From assembly GCA_013239625.1 (NCBI GenBank), contig MU053934.1, positions 961,285-1,025,284 of the forward strand: a stretch of 64,000 nucleotides of DNA, given 5' to 3'. A program made the translations under genes and the position numbers. The first letter of the stretch is position 1, and each line of letters starts with the position of its first letter. Of this stretch, positions 12,566 to 25,065 are shown in pieces. A model generated the notes under the pieces. It ran no database searches. It was given only the letters and a program-made list of their open reading frames with translations, and was not told where the DNA came from. Origin of the DNA: Lama guanicoe. Lineage: Eukaryota.

Positions 12566-14487
12566 TCATCTATCATGAATAGCTCCTTTCCTTAAGTGTA
12601 TTGTTTTGATGTATATTCCACCCTGGTTGCGATGCCACCTGATTTGTGTTCTGCTCTTCATTTAATTTTATTCATTTATTCAGAAAACATTTATTGGGAA
12701 TATATTATGTGCCAGCATACTCCAAGGCACTCAGGAAATGATGAGAAGAAGAAAGGAAAAAGAAAAGAAAAAACAGAAAATACCCAGATCTCTTTGGAAC
12801 TTACACTCTCTTCACTCCACTGAACATCCTCTTTTGTCCTTTTCTCCCTTTCACCCTCTTCTGTGCTCAAACACTTGGTACCATTTTAATGCCTCCCCAC
12901 CCAATTCCTCAAATCTCTCTCTCCCTAGCACCTGAAGCTTCACCACACACAAAATTTGCTCAAGGATCTATATGCGTGACTGTCAGATGTTGCAGTGCGT
13001 GCTAATGGCATCATTACTGATGTGTTTTAGTCACACACAAAACACCCTGACTTCAGTAACGAAGAAATAGTAAGCGATTCTTTAGTGCAGTTGTATGTGT
13101 TCTATTTCTTGACTTTATATTTTAAGAGGAGACATAATTTTTAAATGTTTATTGTATTGGCTGAAATTCAGCTATGTTTGCTTGCCTGTAGTCTGTGATC
13201 CCTTCAGCCAAGGTGTCTTTTCCAGGGTTTCAGTAATGGGGAGGGAGCTCTGGAGACCCAAGCCTGGGATTGTGGGTCCAGTGGTTCCAGTTCAGTCCAT
13301 GCCCAACCCACGCTGTCATACATGTTGAATAATTATGTTGGTGGGGGGGGGACGGCTCTGGGATTAATGGTGCAGGGTGCCATTTATAAGTGAGCTCTTT
13401 TCCTTTACCTTTCTGATTAGAGAAGTTTCATTTATTTGGGACTATGGAATAGAAGTGGGGATTTTTATAGCCCTGGGAAGAAACTTCATCATTCCTTCTG
13501 TATCGTGCTTCTGACACAGAACTCAGCTTACTCCAAATAGCAAGAACTATGCCTTGCGTTTAAACTTTTCGCATTACTGCCAGCTTATCTCACTGAATCA
13601 TTAACATCTTCTACTGAAGCAGATATTAACTATCTTCATTGTGCAGGTGTAGGGGCTGTGAGTCAGAGACTGACTTGCCCGAGGTTACCCAGTTTGAAAG
13701 TGGCAAAAATGACTTTTCACAAATACAGGGTTTTTGTTGTTGTTGTTGTTGCCAAACTGTGAGCTCTTTCCAGGGTTCACTCCTCAACCTTCCCTCTAGC
13801 CACCCACTTCCACTGGCAGCTCCTCATACGTTCGCTCCAGGCAGAAACTCCTGAGTAAGGAGTTTCTCTCTGCTGCAGCTTCTAGCATGCCTGTTAGGAG
13901 CAAGTGCTCGGCATCCTCAGACACTGTGAGGGCTCCCATCCACCAGTTCCACTGCTGGACTCGGAGGGGCTGTTTTGCTAGCTTAACTAGATGTTATCAT
14001 CATAACACGCAAGTGCTAATTCGCCTCCGGAGTCCCCTAACAGCCAGTTGAGTGGAACACAGGGGCTGCCTTCCTTCTATCTTTTTAATTTTTGTAAAGC
14101 AAAATGCATAGACAAAAGGAGAGAAACAAACTCTCTTCTTTGGCTTGTTCTTGTCCCTGGCAGTTCTGGGCCAAGGCAGAGTCTCAGTGTCTTACTAGAG
14201 ATAGCCAAGGGGGGAAAAGAAACACTTGGTGAAAAATCAAAGGTGCAGTGTTAGAACTGGGTGCCATGAAGCTAAGATCATGGCGTGTTTGTCCTCTGGA
14301 CTCTGCTGTCAAGATGACAACACCTGAACTTGACTTTGTGGTCCTCAGATCCTACCAGGTTACCCTGTCACCCCAGGTCACTGCTCATAATTTCAGTCCC
14401 TCTGTTTCCTCCATCCGCCCTAGACGTCAGCCCCTCACTTCCTTCTATTTCCCCTTACTCTCCCACACTGCTCTCCTCCTATGACAT

Positions 14488-14977
14488 GTTGTTTGCAAAA
14501 AAATGGCCATAATTCCTTACTTTTCCCTGTACTTCCGATTGGAAGTGGGTCCATGTCCCTTGCCCCTTGAATCTGGGCTGTCCTGTGATTTTCTTGTATG
14601 AATAAAATATGGCGAAAGTGACCTTGTGCCAATTCTGATCCTCAAACTGAAGAAACATCTCACAGCTTTGTTCATTCTCTTGGAACCGTGCCGAGCCACT
14701 ATGTTAACAGCCCAGACTGTCCAGCTGGACGATGAGGGATGCACAGCTCCATCACCTCTGACACCCTAGTTGAGCCAGTCAACACTCCAGAGCAGAGCCA
14801 CTCATTGATTGGCAACTGACTGCAGATTCAGGAGTGTGCCCGATCAAGCTCAGAAGACCATCCAACTGAGCCAAGACCATTTGTCAACCAGCAGAACTGG
14901 GAACTGACTAAATGGTGTTATCTTAAGCTACTAAGTTTTGGGGTTGCTTTTTATGAAGCAGTAGTTAAATTGATACA
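14488..14977 (+). mobile_element. MLT1 (MaLR) solo LTR
   Basis: tgttgtttgcaaaaaaatggcc start and ...aagctactaagttttggggttg...gcagtagttaaattgataca end. Confidence 0.7.
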
Positions 14978-15054
14978 CCTCCCTTTCATACTTTCCAAAT
15001 TCTCCACTAGAGCCATTTTTCACTGATGCACATTGGCATGGCTTTCTAGTTCCA

Positions 15055-15605
15055 GTGATGCTCCTGGCCATCATGGCGGTGGCAGCCAGGGGAACTTCTA
15101 TTCTTTCCCTAGTCGTAGGGTCCAAAGGGAGAGCTGCCATCCTCTCATTGACTCCACCTTCTTCCCAGGCTACAGATGAGCATACAGCCCAATTTGGACA
15201 AAATAAGATTGTTTTATTCCCAACAAGAGTGATTAGTCCAATGCGAGGAGGGCACATGAACCAAACCAGGGCAATCAGAGTCCTTCCTGGAACTCCCCAA
15301 CTGGAGAACCGACACAGAGTAAGAAAAGCTTCTTTCTAAAGTAGAAAGGGGACTATAAAGATGTCAGCCTGAAGCTAACATTGCCCAAATCCCTTGCCAA
15401 ATGCATAAATTTATCTAGGAGAGTGAAGCTGGAAGACAAAAGTTGAATCATGAGAGGGTAACCCTACAGGTGAGCTTAGACTCCGTGGTGTCAGCCTTCC
15501 CTGACCTTCCTGTGACTTGGTGTGTGGATCAATAATATTCCCCATTTGCCCAGGCTAGTTTGAGTTGGGCCTCTGTGACTTGGAACCAAAGAGTCCTGGG
15601 TGAAG
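15055..15605 (+). mobile_element. Old ERVL-type LTR (LTR16/LTR33-like)
   Basis: gggcacatgaaccaaaccagggcaatcagagtcc and gctagtttgagttggg...tgtgacttggaaccaaagagtcctg. Confidence 0.55.
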
Positions 15606-16740
15606 CCTTATTTCACAATAAGTAATTTTCTGGGAGCTATAAGACCTGAAAGAAATGTCGCACCTGTTGAGTTGCTTCTGCCCTCAGCCCATTCTAGCTT
15701 AGTTTGAATGAAGCTGGCCGCTGGAAGAACATACCATCATATACATTTCTTTCCATGCTCCTTTTATTTTTAGTCATTTAAACATATTGGCTGTGGTGGG
15801 CAAGAGCTGCGCTGTCCATCTGAGATGTACAGACAAACCACATGGGCTCTACCCTTGGCAAGGTCGTGATCAGCAAGGGCAAGAAGTGAGTAGCCAGCCA
15901 GTTCTCTCTGGCATAGTAAATTCTGAGGGACAGAGTGCTGTGATAACACAGGAAAGGTGATGTGTGGCAGCCACAAGCGTGGGGAAGAGGGGCCACTTAG
16001 GGAAGGCCCTGGTAGAGTTACGAGTGCTGGGCATGACAGCTAATAGTACTGAGCTGGGTGAAGGCAGAAGGTAAAGGGTGAGACTCTTTCCTGAAGAGGG
16101 AGTCTTATGGAAATATGTGGATGGGGGCTAGAGAAACGTAGTAGGCTGAGACAGCAGATCAAGGATGAGAGGATGAAAAAAAAGAAGCTAGAGAGGTTTG
16201 CAGAGGCCAGGGCATAAATACTTTTGGATCATACTAACAAGATTGGACTTCTTTTCCTTTTTCTGAGAGCAGTGGGAAATGGAAAGTTTTTAATCAAGGA
16301 ATCTTTTGATGAGATCCTAGCTCTAGGAAGATAGGTTTAGCATGCGCGCAAAGATTACAGCAGCAAGGGCAGGGAGATGGGTTAGTAATCCAGAAGAGGG
16401 ATGATGAAGAGCTGAGAAATTCGAGGCAGCAACTGTAGGCTTTGGGGATGGGAAAGAAGGGAAGATTACGGAGATATTAAGGAGGCAGAAACAACAGGAA
16501 TTGGAGACTGACGGGATGTGGGAGGTGATGGGAGGAAAGTATCTTCCCCAAATTGCTTCTAGCAGTGACAAAGCAGCTCTGGACTGGAAGCACGGGCGGT
16601 CAGTGCTGAGACCTTTGGGTCCAAATTCAGCAAACTCGTTAACATAAGAAATCTTTGAACAAGAATACTTAGAGAGTATCAGCCTCTCATGTCCTGGAGG
16701 ATTTAACAACCACGAACCCCAATGTTTCTATTAATTCTTA

Positions 16741-16804
16741 TTTTTTATTGAAATGTAGTCAATTTACAATGTTAGTTTCAAGTATACAGCAAAGTGATTC
16801 AGTC
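16741..16804 (-). mobile_element. ~65-bp L1 3' terminus
   Basis: ttttttattgaaatgtagtcaatttacaatgttagtttcaagtatacagcaaagtgattcagt. Confidence 0.8.
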
Positions 16805-17118
16805 ATTTTGTGTCCCCAGTCCCTTCAGACTGCCAAAAGCTTTGCAGTTGCAGCCTTCATCCCACTCCCCATGGCAGATGAATCAGTGCGTTCCTTCTCT
16901 CGTGTCTCAGCTGCCTTGGTGTCTCTCTCAAGCCCTCCGACAGCTGTTTTTGTGGGTGTTATTTTTGTTGTCAGCGTTGGTTTGGCTTTTATAGTTGTTC
17001 TTGACAAGAGGGTTGGCCTGATACAAGCTACTCCAGCTTGGATAGAACTGGGAGTTCCAACCCCAATTTCTTTCAGTCCAACAACATAATAAATGTCCAC
17101 TTTCGTGCCATCAACATA

Positions 17119-18435
17119 GGGAAGATAATTATATAATTTAAAATTAAGATATAATTTGTAATTCTGCAGTGGAGATAACCATCACAGCTGCATATAAAGA
17201 TACCCTCTGGTAAAGCTCAAAGGGATCTGCCTGGGGTTTTAGCCTTGGCTCTCACTTTGGTGGCCTTTGCTAGGCGGCCTTGAGCGAATCGCTCCCCCCA
17301 TACATTGGAAGGTCATAGGAGAAATCTCACCGAGCCTTGGCTTCCATGTCTGTAAGTGGAGCGTTTGGAGTAGATGTCCGCGGAGGTCTCTTCCAGCCAT
17401 TTGACTGCAAGAATTTTTCTATGGGAGCATCTTCAGTCCCACGACCTGGAGTGACTCCACTCTCCCCACCCTTCTTCGCCTGCCAGGCCACTCACCGAGC
17501 TGTCGGTCCCAGGGTCACAAGAGAAGGACTTTCAGGGGAACAAGACTGTGAATACATCTCAGAAAGTGGCCTAGCACAAGTACACCCTGTCCTAGACCCC
17601 GGGTACAAGGTCTCCAGCAGCTCAAGTGATGGGCTTTGTGATTTATTGGACAGTAAGGGCTGCTGCTCAGCTTCCTGACTTACCTTCTGCAGCCTGTTGT
17701 CTCCTGGCCCTTTTCTTAACAGGGGAGGAAGAAATGGAGAGGAGAAAGATTTCATTAGAGAAGAGGAGGGGGTAACTATCGCCCCCGCCTTCCTCCCCCA
17801 GATATTAATTCACTTTCATTGTTTTCTCGGTATTGCGCATTGGCCGCAAATGTTTTATGGAGGGAGCCAACGTGTAAAGCCCGGTGAAGTTTCCTAGGGA
17901 CAACTTTTGCAACTAAAGCCTTTTCGTGATGTGAGCCACAGTCTGCACTCCAGAAAACTGGCCTCGTCCTGGCAGGAATATGCCATACCTTTCCCTTTTG
18001 ATTATGTACATGTTCCTTCTCTTTCCTGGAATGTCCTCTCATGTGCTCTCCTTCTACCTGAGTTCTGTTTACCCTTTAAAGCAGACTTTCTGGATTCTGT
18101 CCATTCCTCTCCATCTTTCCAGTCACCTCATTTATGCTAATACTCAAGAAGGTGGGCTCTGGGGCCAGACGCCATGAGTCCAAACCTCATCTCTGCCACT
18201 TACTATCACTATGACACAATGAAAGTTAATCTCTTGTGTCCTAGTGTTCTCACCTGTAAAATGGGGATGATAAGGGTACCTGCTACTTAAGGGGGTTATG
18301 AGGATTAAATGAGATAATATATACAAGCTGTTTAGAACAGGGTTACCTGCTCAGTCAGCGTTCCCCTGCATCTCTTCCCTGGGCTCTGTCTCCTGCCTGG
18401 TTTCCTGCATTCACCGATGACCCCATCAGTTGTTC
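17119..18435 (+). repeat. Copy 1 of a local 1317-bp duplicated segment
   Basis: 17193-18435 matches 20075-21317 (offset 2882), with one substitution noticed (gaatacatc vs gaataaatc). 17119-17388 matches 19205-19434 with indels. Confidence 0.95.
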
Positions 18436-19204
18436 GCATGTGGGGCAGGGAGTGAGTGCTATGGCCAGAAAAAGAACCACTTTTGTGCTAGGCTGAACAA
18501 ATCAAGGTAAGAGAATAGAAACAAGGAAACAATGCAAGGGGAAGGGGAATGAGGACCTGAAATAAGTTAATGGGACCAGAGATAGGAAAGAGCAAACAAA
18601 CAGAGAGATGCTGTGGAGGGAGGAGCGGGTGGATTTAATGATGACTTAACTTGAATTTAAGATAAGAGTCACAGGTGACCCTAAGATTTCTCATCTAGAC
18701 AACGGGAAGGAAAAAGGTATTGGTGATGATTGGTTTTTTGTTTTTGTTTTTGTTTTGGTGGAGGAAGAATTAATGAAGAGATGAGTGAATGGGAGACAGG
18801 ACAGATAAGTTTTGATAAAAAATTCTCATCAAAGATCCAGCATATAGGCAACAGGTGATGTAGTACAGAAGCTTCCCAACGTCTGTAGATGTAGGAGGAC
18901 GTAAGTCCTGTGAGAAACACCTACTGACCAGGGAAAAATCAAGGTGTCAAAAAAAAATTCATTCAATTTTACAATATTCTCTAGTTCAACCCTAGTCATT
19001 GCTTAGCCTCTTTGATAACCTCAGAATAATCTCGAAGACAGATCACATTCCGAGGAAGAAACAGGATGAAGAAAGCATCTCCCTGAATCCATCCATCAAT
19101 CCATCCATCTGTTCATGCATCCACTCATTTATCGCTCACTCAGTTCCCATTGCATGCCATGTATTAAAAGCAAGTCTCTGACCTCCAGAAATTCTCATCC
19201 TAAC

Positions 19205-19434
19205 GGGAAGATAATTATATAATTTAAAATTAAGATATAATTTGTAATTCTGCAGTGGAGATAACCATCACAGCTGCATATAAAGATACCCTCTGGTAAA
19301 GCTCAAAAGCCTTTGCTACCTTGAGCGAATCGCTCCCCCCATACATTGGAAGGTCATAGGAGAAATCTCACCGAGCCTTGGCTTCCATGTCTGTAAGTGG
19401 AGCGTTTGGAGTAGATGTCCGCGGAGGTGAGGTC
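19205..19434 (+). repeat. Partial copy 2 of the duplicated segment, abutting the gap
   Basis: Same sequence as 17119 onward but 45 nt shorter through clustered deletions, with a terminal gaggt duplication. Confidence 0.95.
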
Positions 19435-20074
19435 NNNNNNNNNNNNNNNNNNNNNNNNNNNNNNNNNNNNNNNNNNNNNNNNNNNNNNNNNNNNNNNNNN
19501 NNNNNNNNNNNNNNNNNNNNNNNNNNNNNNNNNNNNNNNNNNNNNNNNNNNNNNNNNNNNNNNNNNNNNNNNNNNNNNNNNNNNNNNNNNNNNNNNNNNN
19601 NNNNNNNNNNNNNNNNNNNNNNNNNNNNNNNNNNNNNNNNNNNNNNNNNNNNNNNNNNNNNNNNNNNNNNNNNNNNNNNNNNNNNNNNNNNNNNNNNNNN
19701 NNNNNNNNNNNNNNNNNNNNNNNNNNNNNNNNNNNNNNNNNNNNNNNNNNNNNNNNNNNNNNNNNNNNNNNNNNNNNNNNNNNNNNNNNNNNNNNNNNNN
19801 NNNNNNNNNNNNNNNNNNNNNNNNNNNNNNNNNNNNNNNNNNNNNNNNNNNNNNNNNNNNNNNNNNNNNNNNNNNNNNNNNNNNNNNNNNNNNNNNNNNN
19901 NNNNNNNNNNNNNNNNNNNNNNNNNNNNNNNNNNNNNNNNNNNNNNNNNNNNNNNNNNNNNNNNNNNNNNNNNNNNNNNNNNNNNNNNNNNNNNNNNNNN
20001 NNNNNNNNNNNNNNNNNNNNNNNNNNNNNNNNNNNNNNNNNNNNNNNNNNNNNNNNNNNNNNNNNNNNNNNNNN
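19435..20074. other. Assembly gap (640 N)
   Basis: Run of N. Confidence 1.
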
Positions 20075-20212
20075 TATAAAGATACCCTCTGGTAAAGCTC
20101 AAAGGGATCTGCCTGGGGTTTTAGCCTTGGCTCTCACTTTGGTGGCCTTTGCTAGGCGGCCTTGAGCGAATCGCTCCCCCCATACATTGGAAGGTCATAG
20201 GAGAAATCTCAC

Positions 20213-20231
20213 CGAGCCTTGGCTTCCATGT
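20213..20231 (-). other. Candidate 19-nt exon ACATGGAAGCCAAGGCTCG (also at 17331-17349 and 19372-19390)
   Basis: Acceptor ctccacttacag| and donor CG|gtgaga. Splice signals only. Confidence 0.25.
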
Positions 20232-20565
20232 CTGTAAGTGGAGCGTTTGGAGTAGATGTCCGCGGAGGTCTCTTCCAGCCATTTGACTGCAAGAATTTTT
20301 CTATGGGAGCATCTTCAGTCCCACGACCTGGAGTGACTCCACTCTCCCCACCCTTCTTCGCCTGCCAGGCCACTCACCGAGCTGTCGGTCCCAGGGTCAC
20401 AAGAGAAGGACTTTCAGGGGAACAAGACTGTGAATAAATCTCAGAAAGTGGCCTAGCACAAGTACACCCTGTCCTAGACCCCGGGTACAAGGTCTCCAGC
20501 AGCTCAAGTGATGGGCTTTGTGATTTATTGGACAGTAAGGGCTGCTGCTCAGCTTCCTGACTTAC

Positions 20566-20596
20566 CTTCTGCAGCCTGTTGTCTCCTGGCCCTTTT
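20566..20596 (-). other. Candidate 31-nt exon, or 3' end of a first exon (also at 17684-17714)
   Basis: Long polypyrimidine tract tctttctcctctccatttcttcctcccctgttaag| and consensus donor AAG|gtaagt. Confidence 0.3.
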
Positions 20597-21629
20597 CTTA
20601 ACAGGGGAGGAAGAAATGGAGAGGAGAAAGATTTCATTAGAGAAGAGGAGGGGGTAACTATCGCCCCCGCCTTCCTCCCCCAGATATTAATTCACTTTCA
20701 TTGTTTTCTCGGTATTGCGCATTGGCCGCAAATGTTTTATGGAGGGAGCCAACGTGTAAAGCCCGGTGAAGTTTCCTAGGGACAACTTTTGCAACTAAAG
20801 CCTTTTCGTGATGTGAGCCACAGTCTGCACTCCAGAAAACTGGCCTCGTCCTGGCAGGAATATGCCATACCTTTCCCTTTTGATTATGTACATGTTCCTT
20901 CTCTTTCCTGGAATGTCCTCTCATGTGCTCTCCTTCTACCTGAGTTCTGTTTACCCTTTAAAGCAGACTTTCTGGATTCTGTCCATTCCTCTCCATCTTT
21001 CCAGTCACCTCATTTATGCTAATACTCAAGAAGGTGGGCTCTGGGGCCAGACGCCATGAGTCCAAACCTCATCTCTGCCACTTACTATCACTATGACACA
21101 ATGAAAGTTAATCTCTTGTGTCCTAGTGTTCTCACCTGTAAAATGGGGATGATAAGGGTACCTGCTACTTAAGGGGGTTATGAGGATTAAATGAGATAAT
21201 ATATACAAGCTGTTTAGAACAGGGTTACCTGCTCAGTCAGCGTTCCCCTGCATCTCTTCCCTGGGCTCTGTCTCCTGCCTGGTTTCCTGCATTCACCGAT
21301 GACCCCATCAGTTGTTCTCCGCACTCCAGCCGCCCCAGCCCCCGCCCTGCTGAAACTTTCCAATGACTTCTCATGGCTCTTTGCATAAAGACCTTGATCT
21401 TTGCGAGGACGGGAGGCGAACTTGTGGGTAGTCCAGGCTCTTGTCTAGACTCCCATTCATGTTCTGCTCTTCAGCCACGCCGGCTTTCTTTGAGCTTCTG
21501 AAATCCACCCATCTATCTCCCACTTGGCGGTCCTTGAGCAAGCTCGTTCCTCCACCTGGCGTTGCTCCTTCATAACTACTTCCCACCCTTCCGATGTCTG
21601 CTCACAGGTCATTTCCTCCAGTAAGCCCC

Positions 21630-22088
21630 TGTATTCATTTTCCAGGACTGCCATCGCAAACCAACCACCACGGGCTGGGGGGCCTAAAGCAAAAGAAATG
21701 TCTTCTCTTCTAGTTCTGGAGATCAGAAGTCCAGAATCAAGGTATCAGAGGAGTTGGATCCATCCGGAGGCTCTGAAAGAGAAGCTCTTCATGCCTCTCT
21801 TCTAGCTTTCAGTGGCGGTGAGGAACCCTTGACAGTCCTTGACGTGGGGCTTCCTAATTCCAATCTCTGCTTCTGTCTTTACACGGCCCTATTCCCTGTG
21901 TCTGCATGTTTTATATCTCCTGTCTTTCCTCTCATAAGGAAACCAGTTGTTGGGTGTAGGGTCCACCCTCAGTCCAGGGGGATCTCATCTCAGGATCCTT
22001 AATGACATCTGCAAAGCTGCTATTTCCAGGTAAAGCTACATCAGGACTTGCGGAGCACTTTTGGGGGTACTCAGTTCAGTCCACTGCA
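21630..22088 (-). mobile_element. MLT1 solo LTR inserted in an L2
   Basis: tgtattcattttccaggactgcc...agttctggagatcagaagtcc...tgacatctgcaaag...ttcagtccactgca. Confidence 0.8.
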
Positions 22089-25065
22089 CTGCCCATGACT
22101 TTTCCCCAACACCATGCCTCCCAACACACACATCATTCTTGCCTGCTTGGCGTGCCCTCTCTTGGCATCAGACGTCTTGGCTTCATAGCTTTTGTGACAG
22201 CTGTTATTTTACAGTTTTCCACTTGGTAAGTGATTATCTCCTACTAGAAGGTAAGCTCCATGAAGAAGACAGCCACCTGTGTTTTGCTACCTTCAGATCT
22301 GCAGAGCCAGACCTAGTGTCTGGCACAAAACTAGCCTTCAAATTTAAATACTTTTGACGTAGGTGATTCTGCAAACAGGTAATGATGGGGGAAACAACTC
22401 AAAATAGTATGCAATGCATACAATTTTCATATGAATGTAAATAAATACATGTGTATATATGAGAGAGACAGGAAAATACATATACCAAACATTTCACAAG
22501 GGTTATAGCTGGACAGTAGACTTGAGGGTCATTTTAGTATTCTCCTTTATACCTTCTTCATTTTCTGTATTTTATACAATTTGTTTGACATGCTACTTAA
22601 CTCATTTTCTACTACAAATATGTGGTACTAATAAATTTAATAACTCTTAGGAAAATCACTTTAAGGATATCACCAAATGGTCTTTGTGGTTTATAATATA
22701 CAAAGTTATAGAATAAATTGCACTTGGTTATCATTCTAAAGAGTGAGTCCAGTGATTCTCAACAGGCCCTTTTGTGATTGTCAGGGAAATTAGGACTAGG
22801 TTTCCCTGATAGACCATAGTTGACTAGAATTGGATGAGTTGTAATCTTCTGTTCATGGTGCAGCTACATCACTGACCCATGCTGGCCCAAGGTCTTTACT
22901 TTTTTAATTGTATAACTGTCCATGAAGCTCCACTTGGACACTGGCTCTCTCATCTACACGTGCGCTGCTCCTATCCTGCCCTCCTGACTGCCTGCACCCC
23001 ATCCCGCACCACACACAGCATTTGAAATCCAAAACCTGAACTGTGCGCTGGACCCAGGATTGCACTGCTCACAGTGAGAGGACCAGGGGCGGAGAGCTCC
23101 TACAGATGTTTTCTTGATGAAGACTGTTGTCCCCCCATGGGCTGTGTTACCTGAAAGCAGTGTCTGACTCCTGATAAGTCCTCAATCATCACCAGTGAAT
23201 GAATGAATAATTGAAAGAGGCAAGAAATTGGATTTGGCAATGGGACCATTCTACCTAGCCCTATCCTTCATTAGTGGGAGGCCTTGGGTCCCTGGATGTC
23301 TTGGCAGGATTGCTAATTGGTTAGAATTAGTCTGGTGGTTCTCAGACTTGGCTAAGTATCAGAGTTGTTTGAATAATTAAAATAAATAAGAATGCCAATT
23401 CCTGGTTGCCAGTCCAGACCCGCTGAATCTGACCCCCTTCAGGTGACTCTTGCACACAGCAGGGTGGCAGGCATTGGGTTAGACCAGGAGGAGGAGGCCA
23501 GAGTGCTGATGGAGCCCACTGTGCGTCGCAATGAGTTTTCATAGAGAAATCTTGGTGCTGAGGCCACACGGGGGCTCAGCAACGTGAACCTCTGTTCCCA
23601 TGGGAACTGGGCCAGAACGGTCTCTCTGAACTGAGGGAAACAGCCTGCAGAACCTTGGGAGGAGGGAGTGCCCAGACTTCCCTCAACCAGGAGGCCAGGG
23701 AAACAATGGGGCAGCAGTTTCAACCTCCAGTGAAGGGGAGGTGGGGCGAATTGGCTCCAACCAGGTGAAAACACAGCTCTCCTGATGGAGGAGAAGGAAC
23801 CCAAGTTTTGAAAAAAGACTGAAATGCACTTCAGAAAACTCAGGTGGAGCATCTTGAGCTAACTAACACATACGCAGACAGGGGCTTGCCTGGATGCTGA
23901 GCAATTTCAAGTCAAATGACTGTTTTTATGTGACCTACATTTTAGGATAAATACTATAAAGAAAAGAAATGTTAGTTAAAATGAAATAAAAGACACAGAG
24001 GAGGAGGAGCTGGAATGTCCTAGCTATTTTATAGAAGACGGTCTTAGGATGGCTGAGTCTTGTCGCTGACAGGGAGATAGGGAAATGCTATCCTCTCACA
24101 TTTAGGAAGAAGGTAGGCAGCTGACTCCATCTCTGCAGAAATAGGTAGATGCCCCCAGGACAGGTTTTGGAGCCTGAAAGAATCTTAGCCCCCATATTTA
24201 CCTGTTGTGTACTTTTAGGTACATTTCTTGAGCTTTCTGTGTCTCACTTTCCTCTTCGGTACGAAGCAAACATCCCAGATTTGGCCTGAAATATGTCTAG
24301 TGTGGGCAGTGACAGAGGATTGTGGAGTAGACATGCCAAGATGCATTTCTCACAAGTTTACTTGCTTTCTAAAGGGTATTTGGTGGAAGGAACAGCATTA
24401 GTGCTTGGGCAGAGGGGAAGAGGGTTGGGAGAAGCAAACACTGCTTATCTCACAAATTGCTCCTTTAGCCCGGACGTCTAACTTGGCATCTAGATCCTAG
24501 AAAAAGAGACAGTGCAGGCAGAGACTGGAGAAATGGTTTCTCCTGTGGTCATTTACAAATACACTTGAGATACTGGTGCTCTGGCAGCCCTGTTTGGGGG
24601 CCAAGAGGGTCAAGTGAGATGCCAGGCTGGGGAGAGGAAAACGTTGCTCTGTGGGGCTGTTTGTGACTCCTGGAAAGGAGTGCCACCTTGGGACTTCAAG
24701 GGTGGTAGTGGCTGTAGCAGTGCCCGGGAGAAGGATGCTGGGTAATGAGCATCGAAGTCCGGGAGGAAGTACCTTCATACACCTGCACAGGTGTTCGCTG
24801 TCCTGGCCAGGAGACAACTGGCAGGTCTGACGTAGAAGGAAAGCTTGGTGGGTCCCTTTAGACAGATGCAGAGAAAACTGTTTATGAGCACACATGAGAC
24901 AACATTGAGGGAAACTTGGAGTCTTTTCAGCTTGGAGGAGGGGAATGTAATAGTCTACACAACCAAGATAATCACTGTCATTATAGCCCAGTTTGCCTAA
25001 AAGTCTGGCACAGTCTTGGAATCGTGGAGATGTATGAACTGGGGATAGCCGGCTTTGACTCAAAG

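Larger units (their letters stand above)
20075..21317 (+). repeat. Copy 3 of the duplicated segment (likely the native position); includes a MIR at ~21030-21225
   Basis: Near-identical to 17193-18435 and continues into L2-like sequence after 21317. Confidence 0.95.

Noticed and set aside
13409..13441. 33-nt minus-strand exon-like unit (SQINETSLIRK)
   Set aside because: Moderate donor, and it stays in frame only if the doubtful 4-nt exon is included; risk of over-fitting
19368..20102. Longest ORFs in the track (226-244 aa)
   Set aside because: Artefacts of translating the N gap
23870..23960. Strong minus-strand acceptor with branch point (taactaacatttcttttctttatag)
   Set aside because: All three frames stop before the next plausible donor, and the 15-nt version has a weak donor. 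It may be a pseudo-exon or non-coding exon, but this is unsupported.
24454..24496. 43-nt minus-strand exon-like unit (DLDAKLDVRAKGAI)
   Set aside because: Weak donor (TTT|gtgaga), and it creates a stop when joined to the next candidate exon
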